From the human T2T-CHM13v2.0 reference genome, Homo sapiens, in NCBI RefSeq assembly GCF_009914755.1, contig NC_060937.1: a DNA stretch of 64,000 nt; one strand, written 5' to 3'. This document shows, piece by piece, positions 1-13,700 of the stretch. The number at the start of each line of letters is the position of its first letter. The first letter of the stretch is position 1. Under the pieces are notes generated by a model. It saw only the letters and a program-made list of their open reading frames with translations. It made no database searches and was not told the origin of the DNA. A program made the translations under genes and the position numbers.

Positions 1-60
1 AAAGTACCCAAACATTTATAATAAACTGTACATAAAATATCAATGTACTCAAACTATATA

Positions 61-3000
61 TTATGTGCGGTACATAAGATATCAAATTACCCATACTATA
101 TAGTATATACTGTACTGAAAATATCAAAATACCCAAAATATATATTATATACGTTACATAAACTATCAAATACACAAAGTATGTATTATATACTGTACAT
201 AAAATAGCAAAGTTCCCAAAATATGTATTATATATATTATAAATATGTACATAAAATATGAAAGTACCCAACCATTTATAATAAACTCTACATAAAACAC
301 CAAAGTATCCAAACTGTGTATTATATACTGTCCATAAAATATCAAAGTACCCAAAATATATATTGTAAACTCTACATAAAATATCAAAGTAGCCAAAATA
401 CATATTGTATACTGTACATAAAATATAAAAGTACCCCAAATATATATTATATACTGTACATAAAATATCAAAGTACCCATAATACATATTATATACTGTA
501 CATAAAATATCAAAGGACCCAAAATAAACATTATATACTGTACATAAAATATCCAAATACTCAAAATATATATTACATACTGTACATAAAATATCAAAGT
601 ACCCAAATTATGTATTATATACTGTACGTAAAATATCAGAGTACCCAAAATATGCATTATATACTGTACATAAAATATGAAAGTAACAAAACATTTATAA
701 TAAACTGTACATAAAATATCAAAGTACTCAAACTATATATCATATACTGTACATAAAATATCAAAGTACCCAAACTGTGTATTATTATATACTGTATATA
801 AAATATCAAAGTACCTGAAATATATATTGTATACTGTACATAAAATATCAAAGTACACAAAATATATACTATATACTGTACATAAAATATGAAGGTACAT
901 CAAATATATATTATATCCTGTACATAAAATATCAAAGTACACCTATTATATATTGTTTACTGTACATAATATATTAAATCGCCCAAATATATATTGTATA
1001 CTGTATATAAAATATGAAGGTACTTCAAATATATATTATAAGCTGCACATAAAATATCAAAGTACCCAAGGTATGCATTACATACTGTACATAAAATATC
1101 AAAGTACACAAATTATATATTATATACTGTACATAAAATATGTAGGTTCATCAAATATATTTTATATTCTGTACATAATATATCAAAGTACATCAAATAT
1201 ATATTATATACGGTACATAAAATATCAAATTACCCAAAATATGCATTATTTACTGTACATAAAATATGAAAGTAACCAAACATTTATAATAAACTGTACA
1301 TAAATTATCAAAGTACTCAATCTACATATTATATACAGTATATAAAATATCAAAGTACACAAACTGTATATTATATACTGTACATAATATGTCAAAGTAC
1401 CCAGAATATATAGCATACTGTACATACAATATCAAAGTACCCAGAATGTATATTCTATACTGTACATAAAATATGATGGTACATCAAAGATATATTATAT
1501 TCTGTACATAAAATATCAAAGTACACCAAATATATATTATATGCTGTACATAATATATTAAAGTTGCCCATGTATACATTTTATACTGTACATAAAATAT
1601 GAAGGTACATCAAATATATACTATATGCTGCACATAAAATATCAAAGTATCCAAAGTATGTATTATATACTGTACATAAAATATCAAAGTACCAAAAGTA
1701 TATATTACCTACTGTAAATAAAACATGAAGGTACCTCAAATATATATTATATTCTGTACATGAAATATCAAAGTACACCAAGTATATACTATATACTCTA
1801 CATAAAATATTAAATTACCCAAAATATGTATTGTATTGTGTACATAAATTATGAAAGTAACCAAACATTTATAATAAACTGTACATAAAATATCAAAGTA
1901 CTCAAACATTATATTATATACTGTACATAAAGTATCAAAGTACCCAAACTGTGTAGTATATACTGTACATAAAATATCAAGGTACCCAAAATGTATATTG
2001 TAAACTGTAGATAAAATATCAAAGTACCCAAAATATATATTATATACTGTACATAAAATATGAAGGCACATCCAATATATATTATATTCTGTACATAAAA
2101 TATCAAAGTACACCAAATGTATATTATATACTGTACATAAAATAAAAAACTACCCCAAATATATATTATATACTCTACATAAAATATCAAAGTACCCAAA
2201 ATATATATTATACACTGTACATAAAATATCAAAGTACCCATAGTATGTATTATATCCTGTACATAAAATATGAAGGTACATCAAATATATATTCTATTCT
2301 GCACATAAAATATCATATTGCACCAAATATATATTGTATACTGTATATAAAATATGAAGGTACTTCAAATATATATTATATGCTGCACATAAAATATCAA
2401 AGTACCCAAAGTATGCATTACATACTGTACATAAAATATCAAAGTACCCAAAGTGTATATTATATACTGTACATAAAATATGAAGGTTCATCAAATATAT
2501 TTTATATTCTGCACATAATATATCAAAGTACAGCAAATATATATTATATACTGTACATAAAATAACAAAGTACCAAAAATATGTATTATATACTGTACAT
2601 AAAATATGAAAGTAACAAAATATTTATAATAAACTGTATATAAAATATCAAAGTACTCAAACTACATATTATATACAGTATATAAAATATCAAAGTACCC
2701 AAACTGTATATTATATACTGTACATACTATATCAAAGTACCCGAATATATAGCATACTGTACATAAAATATCAAAGTACCCAAAATATATATTGTATACT
2801 GTACATAAAATATGAAGGTACATCTAAGATATATTATATTCTGTACATAAAATATCAAATTACACCAAATATATATTATATGCTGTACATAATATATTAA
2901 AGTCGACCAAATATATATTATATACTGTACATAAAATATGAAGATACATCAAATATATATTATATGCTGCACATAAAATATCAAAGTACCCAAAGTATGT

Positions 3001-4171
3001 ATTATACACTGTACATAAAATATCAAAGTACCAAAAGTATATATTACATACTGTAAATAAAATATGAAGGTACCTCAAATATATATTATATTCTGTACAT
3101 AAAATGTCAAAGTACACCAAGTATATACTATATACTCTGCATAAAATATTAAATTACCCAAAATATGTATTGTATTGTGTACATAAAATATGAAAGTAAC
3201 CAAACATTTATAATAAACTGTACATAAAATATCAAAGTACTCAAACTGTATATTATATACTGTACATAAAGTATCAAAGTACCCAAACTGTGTAGTATAT
3301 ACTGTACATAAAATATCAAGGTACCCAAAATATATATTGTAAACTGTAGATAAAATATCAAAATACCCAAACTATATATTATATACTGTACATAAAATAT
3401 GAAGGCACATCAAATATATATTATATTCTGTACATGAAATATCAAAGTACACCAAATGTATATTATATACTGTACATAAAATATCAAAGTACCCAAAGTG
3501 TATATTATATACTGTACATAAAATATGAAGGTTCATCAAATATATTTTATATTCTGCACATAATATATCAAAGTACAGCAAATATATATTATATACTGTA
3601 CATAAAATATCAAAGTACCCAAAATATGTATTATATACTGTACATAAAATATGAAAGTAACCAAACATTTATAATAAACTGTACATAAAGTAACAAAGTA
3701 CTCAAACTACATATTATATACAGTATATAAAATGCCAAAGTACCCAAACTGTATATTATATACTGTACATAATATATCAAAGTACCCGAATATATAGCAT
3801 ACTGTACATAAAATATCAAAGTACCCAAAGTGTGTATTATACACTGCACATAAAATATGAAGGTACATAAAATATATATTGTATTCTGTATATAAAATAT
3901 CAAAGTACTCCAAATATATATTATATGCTGTACATAATATATTAAAGTCGCCCAAATATATATTATATACTGTACATAAAATATGAAGGTACATCAAATA
4001 TATATTATATGCTGCACATAAAATATCAAAGTACCCAAAGTATATATTATATACCGTACAAAAAATATCAAAGTAGCCAAAATATGTATTATACACTGTA
4101 CATAATATATGAAAGTACCCAAACATTTATAATAAACTGTACATAAAATATCAATGTACTCAAACTATATA
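61..4171 (+). repeat. Variant unit, 4111 bp: 79-mer/72-mer chimera (4362-bp type) with a further 251-bp deletion
   Basis: Markers at 61 and 4172. Colinear with 49781-54142 at offset 49720 until ~4030, then at offset 49971. Confidence 0.82.
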
Positions 4172-7100
4172 TTATGTGCGCTACATAAGATATCAAAGTA
4201 CCCATACTATATAGTATATACTGTACTTAAAATATCAAAATACCCAAAATATATATTATATACGTTACATAAACTATCAAATACACAAAGTATGTATCAT
4301 ATACTGTACATAAAATAGCAAAGTTCCCAAAATATGTATTATATACTGTACATAAAATATGAAAGTACCCAACCATTTATAATAAAGTCTACATAAAATA
4401 CCAAAGTACCCAAACTGTGTATTATATACTGTCCATAAAATATCAAAGGACCCAAAATATATATCGTAAACTCTACATAAAATATCAAAGTAGCCAAAAT
4501 ACATATTGTATACTGTACATAAAATATAAAAGTACCCCAAATATATATTATATACTGTACATAAAATATCAAAGTACCCATAATACATATTATATACTGT
4601 ACATAAAATATCAAAGGACCCAAAATAAACATTATATACTGTACATAAAATATCCAAATACTCAAAATATATATTACATACTGTACATAAAATATCAAAG
4701 TACCCAAATTATGTATTATATACTGTACGTAAAATATCAGAGTACCCAAAATATGCATTATATACTGTACATAAAATATGAAAGTAACAAAACATTTATA
4801 ATAAACTGTACATAAAATATCAAAGTACTCAAACTATATATCATATACTGTACATAAAATATCAAAGTACCCAAACTGTGTATTATTACATACTGTATAT
4901 AAAATATCAAAGTACCTGAAATATATATTTTATACTGTACATAAAATATCAAAGTACCCAAAATATATACTATATACTGTACATAAAATATGAAGGTACA
5001 TCAAATATATATTATATCCTGTACATAAAATATCAAAGTACTCCTATTATATATTGTGTACTGTACATAATATATTAAATCGCCCAAATATATATTGTAT
5101 ACTGTATATAAAATATGAAGGTACTTCAAATATATATTATATGCTGCACATAAAATATCAAAGTACCCAAAGTATGCATTACATACTGTACATAAAATAT
5201 CAAAGTACACAAATTATATATTATATTCTGTACACAAAATATGTAGGTTCATCAAATATATTTTATATTCTGTACATAATATATCAAAGTACATCAAATA
5301 TATATTATATACGGTACATAAAATATCAAAGTACCCAAAATATGTACTATTTACTGTACATAAAATATGAAAGTAACCAAACTTTTATAATAAACTGTAC
5401 ATAAAATATCAAAGTACTCAATCTACATATTATATACAGTATATAAAATATCAAAGTACACAAACTGTATATTATATACTGTACATAATATATCAAAGTA
5501 CCCAGAATATATAGCATACTGTACATACAATATCAAAGTACCCAGAATGTATATTGTATACTGTACATAAAATATGAAGGTACATCAAAGATATATTATA
5601 TTCTGTACATAAAATATCAAAGTACACCAAATATATATTATATGCTGTACATAATATATTAAAGTTGCCCATATATACATTTTATACTGTACATAAAATA
5701 TGAAGGTACATCAAATATATAGTATATGCTGCACATAAAATATCAAAGTACCCAAAGTGTGTATTATATACTGTACATAAAATATCAAAGTACCAAAAGT
5801 ATATATTACCTACTGTAAATAAAATATGAAGATACCTCAAATATATATTATATTCTGTACATGAAATATCAAAGTACACCAAGTATATACTATATACTCT
5901 ACATAAAATATTAAATTACCCACAATATGTATTGTATTGTGTACATAAAATATGAAAGTAACCAAACATTTATAATAAACTGTACATAAAATATCAAAGT
6001 ACTCAAACTTTATATTATATACTGTACATAAAGTATCAAAGTACCCAAACTGTGTAGTATATACTGTACATAAAATATCAAGGTACCCAAAATGTATATT
6101 GTAAACTGTAGATAAAATATCAAAGTACCCAAAATATATATTATATACTGTACATAAAATATGAAGGCACATCCAATATATATTATATTCTGTACATAAA
6201 ATATCAAAGTACACCAAATGTATATTATATACTGTACATAAAATATAAAACTACCCCAAATATATCTTATATACTGTACATAAAATATCAAAGTACCCAA
6301 AATATATATTATATACTGTACATAATATATCAAAGTACCCATAGTATGTATTATATCCTGTACATAAAATATGAAAGTACGTCAAATATATATTCTATTC
6401 TGCACATAAAATATCATATTGCACCAAATATATATTGTATACTGTATATAAAATATGAAGGTACTTCAAATATATATTATATGCTGAACATAAAATATCA
6501 AAGTACCCAAAGTATGCATTATATACTGTACATAAAATATCAAAGTACCCAAAGTGTATATTATATACTGTACATAAAATATGAAGGTTCATCAAATATA
6601 TTTTATATTCTGCACATAATATATCAAAGTACAGCAAATATATATTATATACTGTACATAAAATAACAAAGTACCAAAAATATGTATTATATACTGTACA
6701 TAAAATATGAAAGTAACAAAATATTTATAATAAACTGTATATAAAATATCAAAGTACTCAAACTACATATTATATACAGTATATAAAATATCAAAGTACC
6801 CAAACTATATATTATATACTGTACATACTATAGCAAAGTACCCGAATATATAGCATACTGTACATAAAATATCAAATTACCCAAAATATTTATTGTATAC
6901 TGTACATAAAATATGAAGGTACATCAAAGATATATTATATTCTGTACATAAAATATCAAAGTACACCAAATATATATTATATGCTGTACAGAATATATTA
7001 AAGTCGACCAAATGTATATTATATACTGTACATAAAATATGAAGGTACATCAAATATATATTATATGCTGCACATAAAATATCAAAGTACCCAAAGTATG

Positions 7101-7478
7101 TGTTATATACTGTACATAAAATATCAAAGTACCCAAAGTATATATTATATACTGTACATAAAATATAAAATACCCCAAATATATATTATATGCTGTACAT
7201 AAAATATCAAAGTACACAAAATATGCATTATGTACTGTACATAAATTATCAAAGGACCCAAAATATATATTATATAGTGTACATAAAATATCAAAATACC
7301 CAAAATATACATTATATACTGTACATAAAATACCAAAGTACCCAAAGTATATATTATATACTGTATAAAAAATATCAAAGTAGCCAAAATATGTATTATA
7401 CACTGTACATAATATATGAAAGTACCCAAACATTTATAATAAACTGTACATAAAATATCAATGTACTCAAACTATATA
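4172..7478 (+). repeat. Variant unit, 3307 bp: 79-mer lacking the 10-bp insertion
   Basis: Markers at 4172 and 7479. Contains the 7-monomer block (TATCATATTGCACC near 6412) but has the plain ATATGTATTATATACTGTAC at ~4332. Confidence 0.85.
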
Positions 7479-10400
7479 TTATGTGCGGTACTTAAGATAT
7501 CAAAGTACCCATACTATATAGTATGTACTGTACTTAAAATATCAAAATACCCAAAATATATATTATATACGTTACATAAACTATCAAATACACAAAGTAT
7601 GTATTACATACTGTACATAAAATAGCAAAGTTCCCAAAATATGTATTATATACTGTACATAAAATATGAAAGTAACCAACCATTTATAATAAACTCTACA
7701 TAAAATACCAAAGTACCCAAACTGTGTATTATATACTCTCCATAAAATATCAAAGTACCCAAAATATATATTGTCAACTGTACATAAAATATCAAAGTAG
7801 CCAAAATATATATAGTATACCGTACATAAAATATAAAAGTACCCCAAATATGTATTATATACTGTACATAAAATATCAAAGTACCCAAAGTATATATTAT
7901 ATACTGTACATAAAATATAAAATACCCCAAATATATATTATATCCTGTACATAAAATATCAAAGTACCCAAAATATATATTGTAAACTGTACATAAAATA
8001 TCAAAGTAGCCAAAATATATATTGTATACTGTCCATAAAATATAAAAGTACCCCAAATATGTATTATATACTGTACATAAAATATCAAAGTACCGATAAT
8101 ACATATTATATACTGTACATAAAATATCAGAGGACCCAAAATAAACATTATATACTGTACATAAAATATCCAAATACTCACAATATATATTACATACTGT
8201 ACATAAAATATCAAAGTACCCAAATTATGTATTATATACTGTACGTAAAATATCAGAGTACCCAAAATATGCATTATATACTGTACATAAAATATGAAAG
8301 TAACAAAACATTTATAATAAACTGTACATAAAATATCAAAGTACTCAAACTATATATCATATACTGTACATAAAATATCAAGGTACCCAAACTGTGTATT
8401 ATTATATACTGTATATAAAATATCAAAGTACCTGAAATATATATTGTATACTGTACATAAAATATCAAAGTACCCAAAATATATACTATATACTGTACAT
8501 AAAATATGAAGGTACATCAAATATATATTATATCCTGTACATAAAATATCAAAGTACACCTATTATATATTGTGTACTGTACATAATATATTAAATCGCC
8601 CAAATATATATTGTATACTGTATATAAAATATGAAGGTACTTCAAATATATATTATATGCTGCACATAAAATATCAAAGTACCCAAGGTATGCATTACAT
8701 ACTGTACATAAAATATCAAAGTACACATATTATATATTATATAATATACATAAAATATGAAGGTTCATCAAATATATATTATATTCTGTACATAATATAT
8801 CAAAGTACATCAAATATATATTATATACTGTACATAAAATATCAAAGTACCAAAAATATGTATTATATACTGTACATAAAATATGAAAGTAACCAAACAT
8901 TTATAATAAACTGTACATAAAATATCAAAGTACTCAGTCTACATATTATATACAGTATATAAAATATCAAAGTACACACACTGTATATTATATACTGTAC
9001 ATAATATATCAAAATACCCAGAATATATAGCATACTGTACATAAAATATCAAAGTACCCAAAATATATATTGTATACTGTACATAAAATATGAAGGTACA
9101 TCAAAGATATATTATATTCTGTACATAAAATATCAAACTACACCAAATATATATTATATGCTGTACATAATATATTAAAGTTGCCCATATATACATTATA
9201 TACTGTACTTAAAATATGAACGTACATCAAATATATAGTATATGCTGCACATAAAATATCAAAGTACCCAAAGTATGTATTATACACTGTACATAAAATA
9301 TCAAAGTACCAAAAGTATATATTACATACTGTAAATAAAATATGAAGGTACCTCAAATATATATTATATTCTGTACATAAAACATCAAAGTACACCAAGT
9401 ATATACTATATACTCTGCATAAAATATTAAATTACCCAAAATATGTATTGCATTGTGTACATAAAATATGAAAGTAACCAAACATTTATAATAAACTGTA
9501 CATAAAATTTCAAAGTACTCAAACTGTATATTATATACTGTACATAAAGTATCAAAGTACCCAAACTGTGTAGTATATACTGTACATAAAATATCAAGGT
9601 ACCCAAAATATATATTGTAAACTGTAGATAAAATATCAAAGTACCCAAAATATATATTATATACTGTACATAAAATATGAAGGCACATCCAATATATACT
9701 ATATTCTGTACATAAAATATCAAAGTACACCAAATGTATATTATATACTGTACAAAAAATATCAAAGTACCCAAAGTGTATATTATATACTGTACATAAA
9801 ATATGAAGGTTCATCAAATATATTTTATATTCTGCACATAATATATCAAAGTACAGCAAATATATATTATATACTGTACATAAAATACCAAAGTACCCAA
9901 AATATGTATTATATACTGTACATAAAATATGAAAGTAACCAAACATTTATAATAAACTGTACATAAAGTATCAAAGTACTCAAACTACATATTATATACA
10001 GTATATAAAATGTCAAAGTACCCAAACTGTATATTATATACTGTACATAATATATCAAAGTACCCGAATATATAGCATACTGTACATAAAATATCAAGGT
10101 ACCCAAAGTGTGTATTATACACTGCACATAAAATATGAAGGTACATAAAATATATATTGTATTCTGTACATAAAATATCAAAGTACTCCAAATATATATT
10201 ATATGCTGTACATAATATATTATAGTCGCCCAAATATATATTATATACTGTACATAAAATATGAAGGTACATCAAATATATATTATATGCTGCACATAAA
10301 ATATCAAAGTACCCAAAGTATGTGTTATATACTGTACATAAAATATCAAAGTACCCAATGTATATATTATATACTGTACATAAAATATAAAATACCCCAA

Positions 10401-10700
10401 ATATATATTATATGCTATACATAAAATATCAAAGTACACAAAATATGTATTATATACTGTACATAAAATACCAAAGGACCCAAAATATATATTATATACT
10501 GTACATAAAATATCAAAATACCCAAAATATATATTATATACTGTACATAAAATACCAAAGTACCCAAAGTATATATTATATACCGTACAAAAAATATCAA
10601 AGTAGCCAAAATATGTATTATACACTGTACATAATATATGAAAGTACCCAAACATTTATAATAAACTGTACATAAAATATCAATGTACTCAAACTATATA
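7479..10700 (+). repeat. Variant unit, 3222 bp: 72-mer plus a 209-bp (5-monomer) extra segment
   Basis: Markers at 7479 and 10701. The extra segment ~7866-8074 repeats the TTGT(C/A)AACT / GTAGCC / GTACCCC monomer series. Confidence 0.82.
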
Positions 10701-13700
10701 TTATCTGCGGTACATAAGATATCAAAGTACCCATACTATATAGTATATACTGTACTTAAAATATCAAAATACCCAAAATATATATTATATACGTTACATA
10801 AACTATCAAATACACAAAGTATGTATTATATACTGTACATAAAATAGAAAAGTTCCCAAAATATGTATTATATATATTATAAATATGTACATAAAATATG
10901 AAAGTACCCAACCATTTATAATAAACTCTACATAAAACACCAAAGTACCCAAACTGTGTATTATATACTGTCCATAAAATATCAAAGTACCCAAAATATA
11001 TATTGTAAACTCTACATAAAATATCAAAGTAGCCAAAATACATATTGTATACTGTACATAAAATATAAAAGTACCCCAAATATATATTATATACTGTACA
11101 TAAAATATCAAAGTACCCATAATACATATTATATACTGTACATAAAATATCAAAGGACCCAAAATAAACATTATATACTGTACATAAAATATCCAAATAC
11201 TCAAAATATATATTACATACTGTACATAAAATATCAAAGTACCCAAATTATGTACTATATACTGTACGTAAAATATCAGAGTACCCAAAATATGCATTAT
11301 ATACTGTACATAAAATATGAAAGTAACAAAACATTTATAATAAACTGTACATAAAATATCAAAGTACTCAAACTATATATCATATACTGTACATAAAATA
11401 TCAAAGTACCCAAACTGTGTATTATTATATACTGTATATAAAATATCAAAGTACCTGAAATATATATTGTATACTGTACATAAAATATCAAAGTACCCAA
11501 AATATATACTATATACTGTACATAAAATATGAAGGTACATCAAATATATATTATATCCTGTACATAAAATAACAAAGTACACCTATTATATATTGTGTAC
11601 TGTACATAATATATTAAATCGCCCAAATATATATTGTATACTGTATATAAAATATGAAGGTACTTCAAATATATATTATATGCTGCACATAAAATATCAA
11701 AGTACCCAAGGTATGCATTACATACTGTACATAAAATATCAAAGTACACAAATTATATATTATATACTGTACATAAAATATGTAGGTTCATCAAATATAT
11801 TTTATATTCTGTACATAATATATCAAAGTACATCAAATATATATTATATACGGTACATAAAATATCAAATTACCCAAAATATATATTATTTACTGTACAT
11901 AAAATATGAAAGTAACCAAACATTTATAATAAACTGTACATAAATTATCAAAGTACTCAATCTACATATTATATACAGTATATAAAATATCAAAGTACAC
12001 AAACTGTATATTATATACTGTACATAATATGTCAAAGTACCCAGAATATATAGCATACTGTACATACAATATCAAAGTACCCAAAATATATATTGTATAC
12101 TGTACATAAAATATGAAGGTACATCAAAGATATATTATATTCTGTACATAAAATATCAAAGTACACCAAATATATATTATATGCTGTACATAATATATTA
12201 AAGTTGCCCATGTATACATTTTATACTGTACATAAAATATGAAGGTACATCAAATATATAGTATATGCTGCACATAAAATATCAAAGTACCCAAAGTATG
12301 TATTATATACTGTACATAAAATATCAAAGTACCAAAAGTATATATTACCTACTGTAAATAAAATGTGAAGATACCTCAAATATATATTATATTCTGTACA
12401 TGAAATATCAAAGTACACCAAGTATATACTATATACTCTACATAAAATATTAAATTACCCAAAATATGTATTGTATTGTGTACATAAAATATGAAAATAA
12501 CCAAACATTTATAATAAACTGTACATAAAATATCAAAGTACTCAAACTTTATATTATATACTGTACATAAAGTATCAAAGTACCCAAACTGTGTAGTATA
12601 TACTGTACATAAAATATCAAGGTACCCAAAATGTATATTGTAAACTGTAGATAAAATATCAAAGTACCCAAAATATATATTATATACTGTACATAAAATA
12701 TGAAGGCACATCCAATATATATTATATTCTGTACATAAAATATCAAAGTACACCAAATGTATATTATATACTGTACATAAAATATAAAACTACCCCAAAT
12801 ATATCTTATATACTCTACATAAAATATCAAAGTACCCAAAATATATATTATATACTGTACATAATATATCAAAGTACCCATAGTATGTATTATATCCTGT
12901 ACATAAAATATGAAAGTACGTCAAATATATATTCTATTCTGCACATAAAATATCATATTGCACCAAATATATATTGTATACTGTATATAAAATATGAAGG
13001 TACTTCAAATATATATTATATGCTGCACATAAAATATCAAAGTACCCAAAGTATGCATTATATACTGTACATAAAATATCAAAGTACCCAAAGTGTATAT
13101 TATATACTGTACATAAAATATGAAGGTTCATCAAATATATTTTATATTCTGCACATAATATATCAAAGTACAGCAAATATATATTATATACTGTACATAA
13201 AATAACAAAGTAACAAAAATATGTATTATATACTGTACATAAAATATGAAAGTAACCAAATATTTATAATAAACTGTATATAAAATATCAAAGTACTCAA
13301 ACTACATATTATATACAGTATATAAAATATCAAAGTACCCAAACTATATATTATATACTGTACATACTATATCAAAGTACCCGAATATAGAGCATACTGT
13401 ACATAAAATATCAAATTACCCAAAATATATATTGTATACTGTACATAAAATATGAAGGTACATCAAAGATATATTATATTCTGTACATAAAATATCAAAG
13501 TACACCAAATATATATTATATGCTGTACAGAATATATTAAAGTCGACCAAATGTATATTATATAGTGTACATAAAATATGAAGGTACATCAAATATATAT
13601 TATATGCTGCACATAAAATATCAAAGTACCCAAAGTATGTATTATATACTGTACATAAAATATCAAAGTACCCAAAGTATATATTATATACTGTACATAA

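Noticed and set aside
771-800. 45-bp monomer with an extra TAT (GTGTATTATTATATAC), once per unit
   Set aside because: A simple trinucleotide slippage fixed in the unit ancestor; useful only as a landmark.
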